Program-made: the position numbers and the translations under genes
NCBI GenBank assembly: GCA_039793395.1
Contig: JBAMLV010000022.1
Location: 2,897-66,896 of the forward strand
Reading direction: 5' to 3'
Length of the DNA: 64,000 bases
Source: a bacterium
GTDB taxonomy: Bacteria > Hydrothermota > Tepidihabitantia > Tepidihabitantales > Tepidihabitantaceae
Shown: positions 18,506-28,271 of the stretch, piece after piece
How positions within the stretch are numbered: position 1 is the first letter of the stretch
Layout: each line of letters opens with the position of its first letter
The notes under the pieces: generated by a model
Seen by the model: the letters and a program-made list of their open reading frames with translations, nothing else
Databases searched by the model: none
Told to the model about the DNA's origin: nothing

Positions 18506-19086
18506 CGGTATTTCCGGATAACCGCAATGACCACCCCGCCGATTTTCAACTCCTGTTTCGGTTTGACCGGTTGGTAGCGGTTATTGGCGGGAATCAGGGA
18601 TATTTCGGTTCCCTGACGGTGGAAGTATTTTATGGTCCATTCGCCGTCCACCTCGGCAATTACAATATCGCCGTTTTTGGGCGACAGCGACCGATCGATC
18701 AGCACCAGGTCACCGGGCAGAATCCCGGCATCCAGCATTGAGTCCCCGGTTACCTTCAGCAGAAATGTGGAGCTGGAGTTTTTCACCAGCCATTGGTCAA
18801 GCGAGATTTTGTCCAGCAGTTCTTCTTCCGCCGGAGAAGGAAAACCGGCTTCAACCGTACCCAGCAGTTTCAGCGGTGTAATAAGCGTTCCGGGGATGAG
18901 TCGGCCCGTGACATCCTGGTCTACAATCTGCAACTCCTTCAGCCGGGCAACCAGCCGAAAGACCGCATTCTTGGAACGCCAGCCAAAGAGTCGAGCGATT
19001 TCGGAATAGGAGGGCATCCGGCGGTGCTCAAGGTAAAACCGCCTCAGGCGTTCAACTTTTTCCTTCAGGTCCGGTGTCTTGCGCAC
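18502..19086 (-). CDS. lexA: LexA-type SOS repressor (wHTH plus S24 peptidase)
   Basis: N-terminal wHTH (PSYSEIARLFGWRSKNAVFRLVARLKE), an Ala-Gly cleavage site (VEAGFPSP), the Ser nucleophile GDSM and the Lys in EWTIKYF; 194 aa. GTG start. Confidence 0.85.
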   Translation of the reverse strand: MRKTPDLKEKVERLRRFYLEHRRMPSYSEIARLFGWRSKNAVFRLVARLKELQIVDQDVTGRLIPGTLITPLKLLGTVEAGFPSPAEEELLDKISLDQWLVKNSSSTFLLKVTGDSMLDAGILPGDLVLIDRSLSPKNGDIVIAEVDGEWTIKYFHRQGTEISLIPANNRYQPVKPKQELKIGGVVIAVIRKYR

Positions 19087-19092
19087 AGAATA

Positions 19093-19121
19093 ATTATAGT
19101 GAACGATTGTTCACCTGTCAA
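19093..19121 (-). promoter_or_regulatory. Consensus sigma70 promoter of the lexA operon (TTGACA-N17-TATAAT)
   Basis: Minus-strand read: TTGACA (19121-19116), a 17-nt spacer, TATAAT (19098-19093), 6 nt, then GTG at 19086. Confidence 0.65.
19099..19114. promoter_or_regulatory. SOS box (Cheo-type GAAC-N4-GTTC) inside the lexA promoter spacer
   Basis: A perfect 16-bp palindrome GTGAACGATTGTTCAC. The core GAACGATTGTTC matches the GAAC-N4-GTTC LexA operator class known from Firmicutes and several other phyla. Confidence 0.65.
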
Positions 19122-19134
19122 GAAAAATTTATGG

Positions 19135-20019
19135 CTAATTTTCAATTCCCCGGCCATTAAAATCCGGGGTGTAATCCGGCGTGGCTGAGGAGAGTTCCTG
19201 GAAAAACCCCTGCTCAAAGCCGAGGGAAAGAAAGTATTCTTTTATTTCCTGGTATTCGGCAGCGCTCAGGCGCCGGTTCATTCCCGGCAGCCGGTCTGCC
19301 TGATAGGCAGGATAATACTGTGCCATCAGACTGATGTGGGTCCGGGGTCCGAGATTGTCGCTCAGCCAGGCGAGGATTTTTTTGGAGTCCTCAATCTGGC
19401 CCGGGAGGACCAGGTGCCGGATGATGAGCCCGCGCTGGATGATGCCTGCCTCATCGTAGATGTTTTCACCTACCTGCCGCTGCATCTCCAAAATTGCAGC
19501 CGAGGCGTATTTGAAATAATCCGGGGCTGAGGAGTAGCGGCGTGCCAGTTCGTCTGAATGGTATTTTAAATCGGGTAGATAGATTGCGACCAGACCTTCC
19601 AGCCGGCGTAGCGTTTCCACCTTCTCATAGGCGTTGGAGTTCCAGAGGATGGGAATTTTCAATCTTTCCTTGGCCACCTTCAGCACCGGCAGTAACTGGA
19701 GCGTATAATGGGTCGGGGTTACCAGATTGATATTGTGCGCACCCTGTTTTTCAAGATTGAGCATAATCTGCAGGAGCTGGTCCGGGCTGACCTTACTCCC
19801 GAATCCCAGCTGGGAGATACGGTAGTTCTGGCAGAAGCGGCAGCGTAGGTTGCAATGGGAGAAGAAGATGGTGCCGGAGCCACGGGTGCCAGATACCGGT
19901 GGCTCTTCCCAGAAGTGGAGCTGCGCTTGAGCGATTTCAATCTCATCGGTTGACCGGCAGCGGCCCGGCTTGACCGCACGGTCAATGTTACATTCAAACG
20001 GACAGGCGGTGCAGCGCAT
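19135..20019 (-). CDS. Radical SAM protein, PflX/pyruvate formate-lyase-activase-like
   Basis: CNLRCRFCQN (CxxxCxxC) cluster motif and an N-terminal extra Cys motif (CTACPFEC); 294 aa. An ATGACA-N17-TATAAT element sits 10 nt upstream of the ATG. Confidence 0.7.
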   Translation of the reverse strand: MRCTACPFECNIDRAVKPGRCRSTDEIEIAQAQLHFWEEPPVSGTRGSGTIFFSHCNLRCRFCQNYRISQLGFGSKVSPDQLLQIMLNLEKQGAHNINLVTPTHYTLQLLPVLKVAKERLKIPILWNSNAYEKVETLRRLEGLVAIYLPDLKYHSDELARRYSSAPDYFKYASAAILEMQRQVGENIYDEAGIIQRGLIIRHLVLPGQIEDSKKILAWLSDNLGPRTHISLMAQYYPAYQADRLPGMNRRLSAAEYQEIKEYFLSLGFEQGFFQELSSATPDYTPDFNGRGIEN

Positions 20020-20189
20020 AGTTCATTTAATTATAAATTATCGGCAGACAGATGTCATCTTTAGTGCCCTGCCCACCGGGCAATCCCCGGGGTGATGCAG
20101 GAGGTTTGGTCGTAAATCAGGGGCGATATTGGCGCTGGTGGCGGAGTGCGTCTGAGTGGATTTATCAGAGTTGTAGGGTACAATTGGAT

Positions 20190-22355
20190 ATGCGCCGGGT
20201 TTTATCCTTGCTTTTTTTTGCCGGTCTGGTGCTGGCAGAGCCGTTGCGTATCGGTCTGTGTCTTTCCGGTGGTGCAGCACTGGGGCTTGCGCATATCGGG
20301 GTGCTCAAGGTTTTGGAAAGGGAAGGGCTGGATTTTGTCGGGATTTCCGGGAACAGTATGGGTGCACTGATTGGCGGAGTCTATGCAGCCGGTTACAGTG
20401 CGGCGCAGATTGAGAGTATCGCCCTGAGCGTGGACTGGAACCGGCTTTTCTCTTCCCGGCCCGGCTATGGTGCCCAGTATCTGCCGGAGAAGCGTCAGGC
20501 TCAGCGTTATGTGCTGCAGCTGCGGCACAAACGGTTTGTTCCCTATCTGCCAAGCGGCTTGGTTCCACTGCAGAATGTGGAGCTGCTGCTGAACCGGCTG
20601 CTTGCTGAGGCCGAATTCAATTCCGGTTACAGTTTTGACCGGCTGGCAATTCCCTATCGGGCAGTGGCGGTTGATATTAATGCCGGGGAGAAGATAGTGT
20701 TGAAAGCTGGAAGGCTGGAGCAGGCAATCCGGGCAAGTATTGCCATTCCAGGGGTGTTTTCGCCCGAGGTTATTGATGGTCGGGAGCTGGTAGATGGTGG
20801 GGTGCTTGATTATCTGCCGGTGGATGCGCTGCAGGATTTTCAGCCCGATTTTATAATCGCGGTTCTGACCATGCGCCGGGCAGAATCAGCCGGGCAGAAT
20901 CTGGTGGATATCGTATCCCGGAGTATTGACCTGATGAGCATTGGCAACCTGGAGAGGGCAAGGCGGGAGGCAGATGTGGTGATTGAGCCGGATGTTTCCC
21001 GGTTTCTGCATTCGGATTTTGTCCGGGTAAAGGAGCTGATTGCGGTCGGTGAGTCAGCGGCAATGCAGGCACTGCCGTTAATTCGGGGGAAACTAAAGGG
21101 TCGGGTGCCGGTTCGGGTCCGGAACCGGTACCCGACCAGGCCGCTGCCGGTGGTGCAGGAGATAAGATTTGAAGGCTTGAAACAGACCCGGCGTTCGCTG
21201 ATTCTGCCTTATGTCCGGACCCGGACCGGGGCAAGGTTGAATTTTGAACTGGTGTTTTCTGATCTGGAAAGGCTGTTTAACACCGGTCTGTTTGAGGAGG
21301 TCAATTTCCGGGTGGAATCTGCCAGTGTGGAGAGCGTGAATGTAATTTATGAGCTGACCGAGCGCCCGTTCGGATTTTATTCGCTCGGGATCAGGTATGA
21401 CTCTTATGATAATGTTGTGCTCGGGGCTGAAGCGGGTGAGGAGAATATTCTCGGTTCGGGAGCAGCGGTGCGGGCGGCGGCAGTGGTCGGTAATCCGAAT
21501 GAGTTCCGGCTGGGAATTACCGGCACAAGGATTTTTAATCTGCTGTTTGGTTACCGGCTGGACGGTTATGTGAGTTCGCTCGTCCGCAGTTTCTATGAGC
21601 AGGGGCAGTTCAGCTCCAGTTATTTTGTGCGGTTTTCAGGCGGGGTTGCGGAAGCGGGCTACATTACGGGCCGGAACGGGTTCTTCAATTTCGGGGTTCG
21701 GGCTGAGCGGGTCGATTATGAAGGGGCGGCGGTGGATACGCTTGACACGCAGTGGCTTGCCGGGGCGCTGTTTAATCTGGAGTTCAACAGTCAGGACCGG
21801 CTTGATTTGCCGGTAAGGGGGGCTGCCTACCGGTTGAGCGGTTTTTATTCCAGTCCGAAGATGATGAGTCAACAGGAGTTTCTTAAACTGGAGTTCAATG
21901 GCGAGCAGTTGGTACCGCTCAGTGCCCGGCTGACACTGCGGTTCTGGTCGATGCTCGGTTTTTCAGCTGGCAGTTTGCCCCTGTCAGAGCGGTTTCTTTC
22001 CGGTGGCGAGCAGTTTGTCGGTTTTGCGGAACAGGAGTTTACCAGTGAACAGCGGTTCCTCGTCGGGGCGGGCGTGCGTCTTCGAGTGTTCAATCTCCTG
22101 AATCGTCCTGATTATCCGTTGTTCCTTGAGGCGCTGAGCAATCTCGGTGCCTTTAACCGGCCAGATTTAATTTTCGGCAGTAATGGGGTTGGGGACCGTC
22201 TGCACTGGGGCATCGGTGCCGGGCTTTTGACCGGCTCACCGATTGGCCCGCTGCGGATGATGGTGTCACTCGGGGATTTTCTTAAGCGGACGCCGCATCC
22301 GGGCGGGGTCCGGTTTTATCTTGCAGTCGGAAAAGAGTTTCGTTACCGGCGATAA
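20190..22355 (+). CDS. Patatin-like phospholipase fused to POTRA plus an Omp85-type beta-barrel (PlpD-like, type Vd autotransporter architecture)
   Basis: Signal peptide MRRVLSLLFFAGLVLA. Patatin motifs SGGAALG, GNSMG (GxSxG) and VDGGV, followed by a long beta-rich C-terminal half. The ORF-track start at 20052 lies in the divergent promoter region. Confidence 0.8.
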   Translation: MRRVLSLLFFAGLVLAEPLRIGLCLSGGAALGLAHIGVLKVLEREGLDFVGISGNSMGALIGGVYAAGYSAAQIESIALSVDWNRLFSSRPGYGAQYLPEKRQAQRYVLQLRHKRFVPYLPSGLVPLQNVELLLNRLLAEAEFNSGYSFDRLAIPYRAVAVDINAGEKIVLKAGRLEQAIRASIAIPGVFSPEVIDGRELVDGGVLDYLPVDALQDFQPDFIIAVLTMRRAESAGQNLVDIVSRSIDLMSIGNLERARREADVVIEPDVSRFLHSDFVRVKELIAVGESAAMQALPLIRGKLKGRVPVRVRNRYPTRPLPVVQEIRFEGLKQTRRSLILPYVRTRTGARLNFELVFSDLERLFNTGLFEEVNFRVESASVESVNVIYELTERPFGFYSLGIRYDSYDNVVLGAEAGEENILGSGAAVRAAAVVGNPNEFRLGITGTRIFNLLFGYRLDGYVSSLVRSFYEQGQFSSSYFVRFSGGVAEAGYITGRNGFFNFGVRAERVDYEGAAVDTLDTQWLAGALFNLEFNSQDRLDLPVRGAAYRLSGFYSSPKMMSQQEFLKLEFNGEQLVPLSARLTLRFWSMLGFSAGSLPLSERFLSGGEQFVGFAEQEFTSEQRFLVGAGVRLRVFNLLNRPDYPLFLEALSNLGAFNRPDLIFGSNGVGDRLHWGIGAGLLTGSPIGPLRMMVSLGDFLKRTPHPGGVRFYLAVGKEFRYRR

Positions 22356-22356
22356 A

Positions 22357-23034
22357 TCATGGTCTGGTGCCGGGACAGGCACGGACGCACAGTCCGCAGA
22401 TGAACTGGTGGACATAGTGCTGGCGCTGAAACTCCTTCAGTTTTTCAAAACAGGCATAATGGTCAAACTGCTCGGGCTTTTCCCGGATGGCATTTGCCGG
22501 GCAGGCGGTGATGCAGCGCCGACACTCGTCACAGTCCTGATTGAGCGGAATTCCGGGTTCAAGTTCCAAGTCGGTCAGGATGGTTACCAGGCGGACCTGT
22601 GCCCCATATTCCGGGGTTACCAGGAGGTTATTTCTGCCGAGCCAGCCCAGTCCGGCAGCAATGGCGACCCGTTTGTGGGAAAGGTGGGCACGCTGGTTCT
22701 GCCAGTCAATAACCTGAGATGCGGGGATGGGCAGGGCGTGGTAGTCGTTGTGCTGTAAATAGAGCGTGAGGTCAAGGGCAATCCGGTCCAGGGCAAAGTT
22801 AACCTGGCGGTAGTGGTGTTCGTAAAGCAGGTCCGGATGGCCGGGCAGAAGGTCAAGCACCGGTCGGGAGAGCGGGATGGCGAGCGATAGGGCGCAGGGC
22901 AGGCGGCGAAAGGTATCTTCGGGCAGGAGAAAGTCGTCGGTTTTAATTTTTCTCATGTCAGCAATGCCGAACAAGGCAACGCCCCGGGTCCGGCAGAGTG
23001 ATTCCAGTTCGGTCCGCAACCTGAGCAGGCTCAT
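22357..23034 (-). CDS. QueG-related 4Fe-4S protein (epoxyqueuosine reductase/reductive dehalogenase superfamily, short form)
   Basis: [31 protein letters not shown] resembles the QueG core. It has two Cys cluster motifs ([21 protein letters not shown]). At 225 aa it is shorter than canonical QueG. ATGA overlap with mnmG. Confidence 0.5.
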   Translation of the reverse strand: MSLLRLRTELESLCRTRGVALFGIADMRKIKTDDFLLPEDTFRRLPCALSLAIPLSRPVLDLLPGHPDLLYEHHYRQVNFALDRIALDLTLYLQHNDYHALPIPASQVIDWQNQRAHLSHKRVAIAAGLGWLGRNNLLVTPEYGAQVRLVTILTDLELEPGIPLNQDCDECRRCITACPANAIREKPEQFDHYACFEKLKEFQRQHYVHQFICGLCVRACPGTRP

Positions 23035-24923
23035 TTTCTGCTTTCCCTTATTTTAACCGGCCGGCTTTTTTTATCAAGATAAACGCTCAGGGCAAAGATG
23101 GCGGCCGGCGTTACGCCGGGAATCCGGTGTGCCTGACCGATTGATGACGGCCGGAGCCGGGTGAGTTTCTCCCGGATTTCTGTGGACAGCCCGGGAATCC
23201 GATAGTAGTCAATATCTTCCGGAATGCGCAGTTCCTCCAGTTCGTTGAAACGGAGTTGCTGGCGCTTCGTCCTTTCAATGTAACCTTCATATTTCACCTC
23301 CACCTCCACCAGTTCCTGGACCGTCAGCGGGATATCAGGTGCAGATTCGGTCAGCCGGATAAGCGACTGCCAGTCAACTTCCGGACGGCGCAGTAGTTCC
23401 AGCGCTGTTACTGGTTCTTTCAATGGGGCGGTTCCCAGGGTGCGTAGCAGCCGGTTTAACCGCTCTGAGGGGTAGATTCGGCGGGATTTGAGCCAGTTGA
23501 GCGTGTTTTGAAACTGCAGCTGTTTTTTCACAATCTGCTGATAGCGCGTCTGGTCCAGAAGACCGAGTTCATAACCCTTGGGGCTCAGGCGCAGGTCGGC
23601 ATTGTCTTCGCGCAGCAGGAGTCGGAACTCAACCCGGGCGGTAAACATCCGGTAAGGTTCGTCGGTTCCTTTAGTTACCAGGTCGTCAATGAGCACGCCA
23701 ATATACGATTCGGAACGGGAAAGGATAAAGGGCGGTTTTTCCTGTGCCCGCAGTGCGGCATTAATTCCGGCAATCAAGCCCTGGGCGGCGGCTTCTTCAT
23801 AGCCGGTTGTGCCGTTGATCTGGCCCGCGAAGTAAAGATTTTTTATCAGCCTTGTTTCGAGGGTCGGAAACAACTGGGTCGGGTCTGCGTAGTCGTGTTC
23901 AATCGCATAACCCGGCCTGAGCATCCGGCAATTTTCCAGACCGGGAATGGAGTGGAGCATTTTTTCCTGAATCGCCACCGGCAGTGAGGTGGATATTCCA
24001 TTCGGATAGCATTCAATCGTGTCCGTGCCTTCCGGTTCAATGAAGATGTGATGTCGCTCCCGGTCGGCAAATTTAACCACCTTGTCTTCAATTGAAGGGC
24101 AGTAGCGCACCCCGCGTCCTTTGATGATACCGGTGTAAAGCGGGGATTGCTTTAATCCCTTCCGGACGAGCGCGTGGGTTTTTGCGGTGGTCCAGGTGAG
24201 ATAGCAGACTGCCCGGTTTACCGGTTGCCATTCAGTCCAGAAGGAAAAGGGCCGGGGCGGTTCATCACCCTCCTGGCGCTGGAGCCGCTTGAGTTCAACC
24301 GTGCGGATGTCAATCCGCGGTGGCGTACCGGTCTTGAATCGTCCGAGTCGGAATCCCAGTTCTGTTAGATTCCGGCTCAGCAGGTTTGCCGGTGCCTCAC
24401 CCAATCTGCCGGCAGGAAAGTGGACCAGGCCGATGTGAACCAGACCGGACAGGAATGTGCCTGGAGCAATAATCACCGTTTTGCTGTAAAACCGTTCGCC
24501 GGTTTCGGTCTCCACCCCGATCGCAGTTCTGCCCCGGGTTAGAATGCGGGCGCAGGTTCCCTGGCGCAGGACCAGGTTTGAGGTTTGCTCCAAGGTTGAA
24601 CGCATAATCTGCCGGTAAAGTTGCCGGTCAACCTGGACCCGGGAGGAGCGGACCGCTCTGCCGGCGCTGGTATTCAGTAGACGGAAGTGAATGCCGGCTT
24701 TATCAGTTATGAGCGCCATCTGACCCCCAAGGGCATCAATCTCTTTGACCAGTTGACCTTTACCGATGCCCCCAACCGCGGGATTACAGGACATCAGGGC
24801 AATGGTGTCCAGATTCTGGGTTAAAAGCAGGGTTTTCTGTCCGAGCCGGGCGCTTGCCAGTGCGGCTTCACAACCGGCATGGCCCGCACCGACCACCAGG
24901 ACATCAAACCGTTCGCGGTTCAT
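23031..24923 (-). CDS. mnmG: tRNA uridine 5-carboxymethylaminomethyl modification enzyme MnmG (GidA)
   Basis: [26 protein letters not shown] motif and full-length MnmG similarity. ATG 24923 is chosen because the ORF-track TTG (24959) is the TTG of a TTGACA -35 hexamer. Confidence 0.9.
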   Translation of the reverse strand: MNRERFDVLVVGAGHAGCEAALASARLGQKTLLLTQNLDTIALMSCNPAVGGIGKGQLVKEIDALGGQMALITDKAGIHFRLLNTSAGRAVRSSRVQVDRQLYRQIMRSTLEQTSNLVLRQGTCARILTRGRTAIGVETETGERFYSKTVIIAPGTFLSGLVHIGLVHFPAGRLGEAPANLLSRNLTELGFRLGRFKTGTPPRIDIRTVELKRLQRQEGDEPPRPFSFWTEWQPVNRAVCYLTWTTAKTHALVRKGLKQSPLYTGIIKGRGVRYCPSIEDKVVKFADRERHHIFIEPEGTDTIECYPNGISTSLPVAIQEKMLHSIPGLENCRMLRPGYAIEHDYADPTQLFPTLETRLIKNLYFAGQINGTTGYEEAAAQGLIAGINAALRAQEKPPFILSRSESYIGVLIDDLVTKGTDEPYRMFTARVEFRLLLREDNADLRLSPKGYELGLLDQTRYQQIVKKQLQFQNTLNWLKSRRIYPSERLNRLLRTLGTAPLKEPVTALELLRRPEVDWQSLIRLTESAPDIPLTVQELVEVEVKYEGYIERTKRQQLRFNELEELRIPEDIDYYRIPGLSTEIREKLTRLRPSSIGQAHRIPGVTPAAIFALSVYLDKKSRPVKIRESRK

Positions 24924-24930
24924 CAGCAGA

Positions 24931-24959
24931 ATTTTATTCAGCCGGGTTATAAATGTCAA
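24931..24959 (-). promoter_or_regulatory. Putative mnmG promoter TTGACA-N17-TAAAAT, 7 nt upstream of the ATG
   Basis: Minus-strand read: TTGACA (24959-24954), 17 nt, TAAAAT (24936-24931), TCTGCTG, then ATG at 24923. Confidence 0.55.
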
Positions 24960-25024
24960 AACGGCACGCCCCGGCGCTTATATATATTTGACAATAAAAT
25001 CGGTGGCGGTAAACTTGTTTTGTT

Positions 25025-25843
25025 ATGCAGACATCGGGTCGCGGGTTGCTACTCCTGCTCCTGCTGATTATCCCCGGTTATGCCATTTTTGAAGACAGCG
25101 AGTCCGGGCCACGGGCAGAAGGGATGGGAGGCAGTTTCACGGCGGTGGCAGACGATATTGGCGCCGTGGACTTTAATCCGGCGGGTCTGGCGCTGATAAG
25201 TGAGAAGCAGTTTCTGGGCTTTTATAAACTGCTTTATGGTGGTGTCGGCGTTAATCTCCACACCATCCAGGCCGGTGCTGGTGTGCCGGTCAGAAATCTG
25301 GGCGCGATTGCGCTCCGGTTTCAGGAGACCGGTTTTAAACTTCAGTCCCAGCGTTCGCTCAAACTGGCACACGGGTTCCAGATAGCAGAAGGGCTGATGT
25401 TCGGTTATGGTATTAACGGTTATAGTCTTTATCAGCAGAATTTCGGAGCCGGGTTTGCACTGGGTGTGGATTTGAGCCTGCTTGCCCGGTTTGCCCGTTT
25501 CTGGAGCGCGGGTTTTTATGCCCGTAATGTTAATATGCCGAGAATTGGCAGTTCGGAGTTGCCGCAACGGTTGGTTTTTGGGATAGGATTTTCACCCCGG
25601 CCCGGGATTCAGTCGGCGGTGCAGGTGGCAAAGGAGCCGGGAATCCGGACGCAGTTTGCGTTTGGTCAGGAGTTTGAGGTGGTGGCGGATTATCTGTCCC
25701 TGCGTGCCGGCGTTGAGACTGAGCCAGTGCGGTTTTCTTTCGGTGTGGGAACCGGTTTCCGGAAGGTCGGGGTTGACTATGCGCTGATCACCCATCCGGT
25801 TCTGCCCTTCAGCCACAATTTCGGGGTGCGGGTCAGGTTTTGA
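25025..25843 (+). CDS. Putative outer-membrane beta-barrel protein
   Basis: Signal peptide (LLLLLLLIIPGYA). N-terminal GMGGSFTAVADDIGAVDFNPAGLA motif, as in several OM channel and PorV/FadL-like families. C-terminal VRVRF ends in an aromatic residue. Confidence 0.5.
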   Translation: MQTSGRGLLLLLLLIIPGYAIFEDSESGPRAEGMGGSFTAVADDIGAVDFNPAGLALISEKQFLGFYKLLYGGVGVNLHTIQAGAGVPVRNLGAIALRFQETGFKLQSQRSLKLAHGFQIAEGLMFGYGINGYSLYQQNFGAGFALGVDLSLLARFARFWSAGFYARNVNMPRIGSSELPQRLVFGIGFSPRPGIQSAVQVAKEPGIRTQFAFGQEFEVVADYLSLRAGVETEPVRFSFGVGTGFRKVGVDYALITHPVLPFSHNFGVRVRF

Positions 25844-25847
25844 TCTG

Positions 25848-28259
25848 ATGCTGCGGTCGCTTATTCTGTTTTTGAGCATCTGGACCCCGCAGCGTCAATT
25901 GGATATCAATCAGGCAACCCGCGAGGAAATTATGCAATTGCCGCTGGATTCAATAACCGCGGAAAGGGTCTTTGAATATCTCCAGCTCTACGGGCGGTTT
26001 AATAGTATTTATGAGTTTCTGAAAGTTCCCGGGATAACACCAGGAAAGATGAATGCGCTCAAGCCGCTTATTTACATCAGCCCCCGTCCCTGGGAAGAAC
26101 GGCTGACTGACAATATTCAGCGTCTTCAGCGCCGGCTGGCGGTTGAGGATGGACCGGGCAGGGCGGTGGTGGAGGAGTGGCAGGATTTGCTTCTGGACCC
26201 GATAAATATTAACCGAGCAACCGTTGATGACCTGCTAGGGCTGGAGGATGTTTCGCTGGTGGATGCGGTGGCGGTGGTGAAGTTTATAAGTGGTGGTGGC
26301 AGGCTCACCAGTCGTCGGGACCTGGCAAGCAAGGTGGATGGGTTATCCGGATACGGTTACCGGGGAATGAGGAATTATGTCCGGTTTGAGGAGGGGATGG
26401 CGGGCGGGGCGCAAAAGCGGAACTGGAGTGGTAATTACCGGTTGAAGTTTGTGTCCGCTGAGGACTGGCAGGTCTGGACTGACGCTAGTGAGTTTGCGGC
26501 GGCACTTCGTCAGTTAGTTGAGGACAGTGCCGGTTTTCGCGCTGCGGGCTGGTCTGATGAGGAGATTGAGTTTTTCCGGAACCGGTTGATGGCGGAGGAG
26601 CGGTTCCGGCAGAATATGGGTAGTAATGCCGTGGTCCGGCAGCGGTTGAGGTTTAAGTTGGGCGAGCGGTTCCGTGCCGGGCTCTATCTCCAGCAAAATC
26701 TGGATGCATTTGCTTCGTCGCCATTGCTCCGCGCAGTGACAGGAGGAGACATTAAGGGTTATGTAATGGTTGATAATATGGGGCCGGTGCGGAGGATAAT
26801 CTTAGGTGATTACCGGTTGACGGTGGCTCAGGGGCTTTTGCTGGATAATAACTTTCAACTCTTACCCCGGGTTCACAAACGGACCGAAGGGCTGTTTGGT
26901 GGCCTGAGTGAAAATCCCGGATTCGGGTTGCGGGGTGGCGCAGGGGAACTGAAACTGGGGCGGATGGGATTGCTGGTTTTTTTTTCCCGCGCAGCCCGCG
27001 ATGGAATTGTTAATCCAGATAGTTCGGTCAACTGGTACATTATTTCCACGCCCCGCTATCCCGGACTGAAAAATGTCTTTAATCAGACCGACGGCGGTGC
27101 CAGGCTGTCCTATGACCTTTCGCAGTTGGGGTTTATACCGATAGGAAGCAGGCTCGGTTTCAATGGTCTGTTAAGCTGGACCGACCGGCGTCTGCGACCT
27201 GATGCCCGCTGGCTTGATTTGCCCGGTGATGCCGAAGTGCTGGATGACCCGAACTGGACTAGGCTGGACAGTGGGAAAACCCGGCAGGTTTATTCAGCAG
27301 ATTTTCGGACGGTGCTCAATAATCTGGCGCTGGAAGGTGAAGTTGCTCAACAGTATCGGGGCGGGAGGGCATATCTTTTAAAAGCATATACCCAGTATGA
27401 TTATCTTAATTTTACCGCGCTATATCGACATTTCGATATAAATTATAATAATCCTTATAATCGGGGCTTCTGTGAGGAACTGCGGTTTGAGGATACACCG
27501 CTGGAAAAGCCCTATCGTCTGGTTGACCCGTGCTTTGCTGCCCTGCAGGATTTTCCGATGCCGAAGGCAGAGCAGGGGTTTTTTGCTGAGTTCAGATACC
27601 AGATTTCCCGGCAGATTACCTTTACCCGGGTGTATGTTGATGTCTGGCGGAATCTGGCACACGCGGCTGACAACTACCGGTTTCAGGGCGAGTTAGAATA
27701 CCGGCCGGTATATCCCTTAAGGCTGAGATTCCGGCAGAAGGTTCAGATGAAGGAAAAACCGAAACTGGCGCTGGGTACAAACTCGGTTTCGCTCGAGTCG
27801 GCGGTCCGGGCGCTCGTTTCGCTGTCCAACCGGGACTATTTGACCGCTGAGGTGCGTTATGGTAAGACAATTTTGACCCCGATGATGGAATACAACGATG
27901 AGGCAAGCATCAATGGTGATTTTTTACTGGTGCAGTGGGAGCATAACTTTTCTGATGATTTCCAGGGGGAAATCGGGATTGCCAACTGGCGCAGTCAGGG
28001 TATGTCCAGCTGGATGTTTGAGGATAATGGCATTGACTTTGTTGACGGGGACGGATTCAAGTGGTATCTGGCGCTCAGTGACCGGCTGGGTGACAATCTC
28101 CTGGTCTACCTGAAATTCCGGCAGAAATTGAGCCAGTTTCCCCATACCGGACTGGGCGGCGCTGATGGTGTGCATTACCAGGACGGAACTCCGGCACGGG
28201 ATTTTGTCAGCGTGAGTAACCGGTTTGACATCAGCCTGCAGATTGATTTCCTGTGGTAG
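25848..28259 (+). CDS. Large outer-membrane protein with two N-terminal ComEA-like helix-hairpin-helix modules and a C-terminal beta-barrel-like region
   Basis: Two HhH modules: DINQATREEIMQLPLDSITAERVFEYL...VPGITPGKMNALKPLI and ININRATVDDLLGLEDVSLVDAVAVV. The Y/W/F-rich alternating C-terminal ~600 aa ends ISLQIDFLW. Confidence 0.55.
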   Translation: MLRSLILFLSIWTPQRQLDINQATREEIMQLPLDSITAERVFEYLQLYGRFNSIYEFLKVPGITPGKMNALKPLIYISPRPWEERLTDNIQRLQRRLAVEDGPGRAVVEEWQDLLLDPININRATVDDLLGLEDVSLVDAVAVVKFISGGGRLTSRRDLASKVDGLSGYGYRGMRNYVRFEEGMAGGAQKRNWSGNYRLKFVSAEDWQVWTDASEFAAALRQLVEDSAGFRAAGWSDEEIEFFRNRLMAEERFRQNMGSNAVVRQRLRFKLGERFRAGLYLQQNLDAFASSPLLRAVTGGDIKGYVMVDNMGPVRRIILGDYRLTVAQGLLLDNNFQLLPRVHKRTEGLFGGLSENPGFGLRGGAGELKLGRMGLLVFFSRAARDGIVNPDSSVNWYIISTPRYPGLKNVFNQTDGGARLSYDLSQLGFIPIGSRLGFNGLLSWTDRRLRPDARWLDLPGDAEVLDDPNWTRLDSGKTRQVYSADFRTVLNNLALEGEVAQQYRGGRAYLLKAYTQYDYLNFTALYRHFDINYNNPYNRGFCEELRFEDTPLEKPYRLVDPCFAALQDFPMPKAEQGFFAEFRYQISRQITFTRVYVDVWRNLAHAADNYRFQGELEYRPVYPLRLRFRQKVQMKEKPKLALGTNSVSLESAVRALVSLSNRDYLTAEVRYGKTILTPMMEYNDEASINGDFLLVQWEHNFSDDFQGEIGIANWRSQGMSSWMFEDNGIDFVDGDGFKWYLALSDRLGDNLLVYLKFRQKLSQFPHTGLGGADGVHYQDGTPARDFVSVSNRFDISLQIDFLW

Positions 28260-28271
28260 CAAGGAGGCGAG

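Noticed and set aside
20052-20189. A 46-aa N-terminal extension of the patatin/Omp85 gene.
   Set aside because: It overlaps the divergent radical-SAM promoter region, has no signal peptide character, and an internal ATG (20190) gives a textbook signal peptide.
24924-24959. The ORF-track N-terminal extension of mnmG starting at TTG 24959. The same issue applies to the SBP at 61427-61462.
   Set aside because: In both cases the TTG is the first half of a TTGACA -35 hexamer that is correctly spaced from a TAAAAT -10. The extension encodes non-conserved residues ahead of the canonical N-terminus.
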